A stretch of DNA of 64,000 nucleotides from assembly GCA_030867685.1 (NCBI GenBank), contig JAQOWU010000008.1, forward strand, positions 1,054,001 through 1,118,000. The letters are read 5' to 3'. Every line of letters starts with the position of its first letter. Position 1 is the first letter of the stretch. Positions 63,078-64,000 of this stretch are shown here, piece by piece. Position numbers and translations under genes: made by a program. The notes under the pieces were generated by a model. It searched no databases, was not told the DNA's origin, and was given only the letters and a program-made list of their open reading frames with translations. The stretch comes from Wickerhamiella versatilis. Its lineage: Eukaryota.

Positions 63078-64000
63078 TTATTGATCCTGTGCTATAGGAG
63101 ATAATAGTAGCCAGCTGCGACTGTAATCTATGCCGAACGCCTCGGCACTAACTTGGTCAATTTCATTATTCTTTTCTTTGTCGTTAAGTGAAGCAGAATC
63201 ATCGCTAAGAAGAACATCTTGCGCAGCAGCCAGTCGAGCTCGCAGCCTCTCGACTAGTCCTGCAGGCCAAGGGTTGCCTTCAAGAAGCATATCGAGGCGA
63301 CGACCAAGACAGAATATGCCTTGTGGGGAATTGTTTAGAGATCCAAGCTTATCAACAATGGTATCTTCAAGCTCCTCTGACTGAGATAAAGGTTCTCCCC
63401 CAAGTTCCTCGAATCCTTGATTAAGTCGGCTCAATGCCATCCGGACAGCTAGCGCCTGCTCAAGTGATGCATCTGATAAATCTTGTGAGCTCCACTTTAT
63501 GTACTGCTCTTTATAAACACTCCCTGTTGTCTCCTTGAACTTTCTAAAACATTCCTCCACAAAGTCGGTCAAACTTTTAGCAAGCTCAGGAGAAATACGC
63601 GCGACTTGCCGTGAGGATGATTTCAGCTGTAACAATGCACGCTGAGTACCCAATAGTGTATTTTTCCAAAGATCACATGCATCTATTAAAGTGATGAAAG
63701 GCCCATATCGAAGAGACGCTTGTCGACTAACAATGATGAGCTCATCGGTAGGCTTGGGCTCGGCCTTCTCCTGGGGAGTTAAAGCATCCACTGCACCAGC
63801 CTCTATAAATCCTCTGAACCTCTTAAAAAATATATCCAAGATGTCACGTAGGAGTCCAGCAAAATAATCTGGCTCGCTGGAGTCCCACATTCTCTGCACG
63901 ATCTCAATCATTACAGTGGCAAGGGAAGATGGCATAGTACTATTTTCACAAATCCCAGAAAATGCTGAATTAAAATATGGAAGAACGCGGGATATGAACT
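63078..64000 (-). CDS. 3' part of a helical protein continuing past the right edge; possibly COG1
   Basis: Frame stays open from 63935 to the window edge. C-terminal Y.RS.LLL.P resembles the Cog1 terminal motif (weak). Confidence 0.5.
   Translation of the reverse strand, partial: FISRVLPYFNSAFSGICENSTMPSSLATVMIEIVQRMWDSSEPDYFAGLLRDILDIFFKRFRGFIEAGAVDALTPQEKAEPKPTDELIIVSRQASLRYGPFITLIDACDLWKNTLLGTQRALLQLKSSSRQVARISPELAKSLTDFVEECFRKFKETTGSVYKEQYIKWSSQDLSDASLEQALAVRMALSRLNQGFEELGGEPLSQSEELEDTIVDKLGSLNNSPQGIFCLGRRLDMLLEGNPWPAGLVERLRARLAAAQDVLLSDDSASLNDKEKNNEIDQVSAEAFGIDYSRSWLLLSPIAQDQ

Noticed and set aside
1..64000. tRNA, rRNA, LTR/transposon or bacterial-style operon
   Set aside because: No cloverleaf with A/B boxes, terminal repeats, transposase/RT motifs or bacterial-like gene run was recognised by eye; small RNAs could have been missed.

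Overview
Eukaryotic, gene-dense yeast chromosomal DNA with about 40 protein-coding genes. No intron was needed to explain any gene, and many intergenic gaps are under 150 bp. ATP-citrate lyase, a complex I subunit (NDUFA9) and the extreme compaction point to a non-Saccharomyces budding yeast; a Wickerhamiella/Starmerella-like lineage is my inference, not proven. Most genes are housekeeping: PEX5, MED17, PCK1, ACL2, PIC2, NOP15, DRS1, VPS54, REG1, VPS25, RSM26, AIM25, REX3, MTC5, MAK11, ARO1, SEC5, APC10, CSE1, CMS1, MTO1, ZPR1, HAP2. No tRNA, rRNA, transposon or CRISPR array was recognised. Most notable: (i) VPS54 is split by a 1-nt frameshift at a T7 run and carries a ~47 x 24-bp KAKEEAE[RLQ] array; (ii) three orphan secreted Tyr/Asp-rich low-complexity proteins, two with an Ndt80-type MSE ~300 bp upstream; (iii) a secreted protein with ~27 N-glycosylation sequons that resembles a mould/bacterial family; (iv) tandem CCG-N7-CCG (AcuK/AcuM-type) sites upstream of PCK1; (v) a divergent alpha-SNAP; (vi) an unexplained ~0.9 kb gene-free interval. 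All family assignments come from motif recognition by eye, without database searches.
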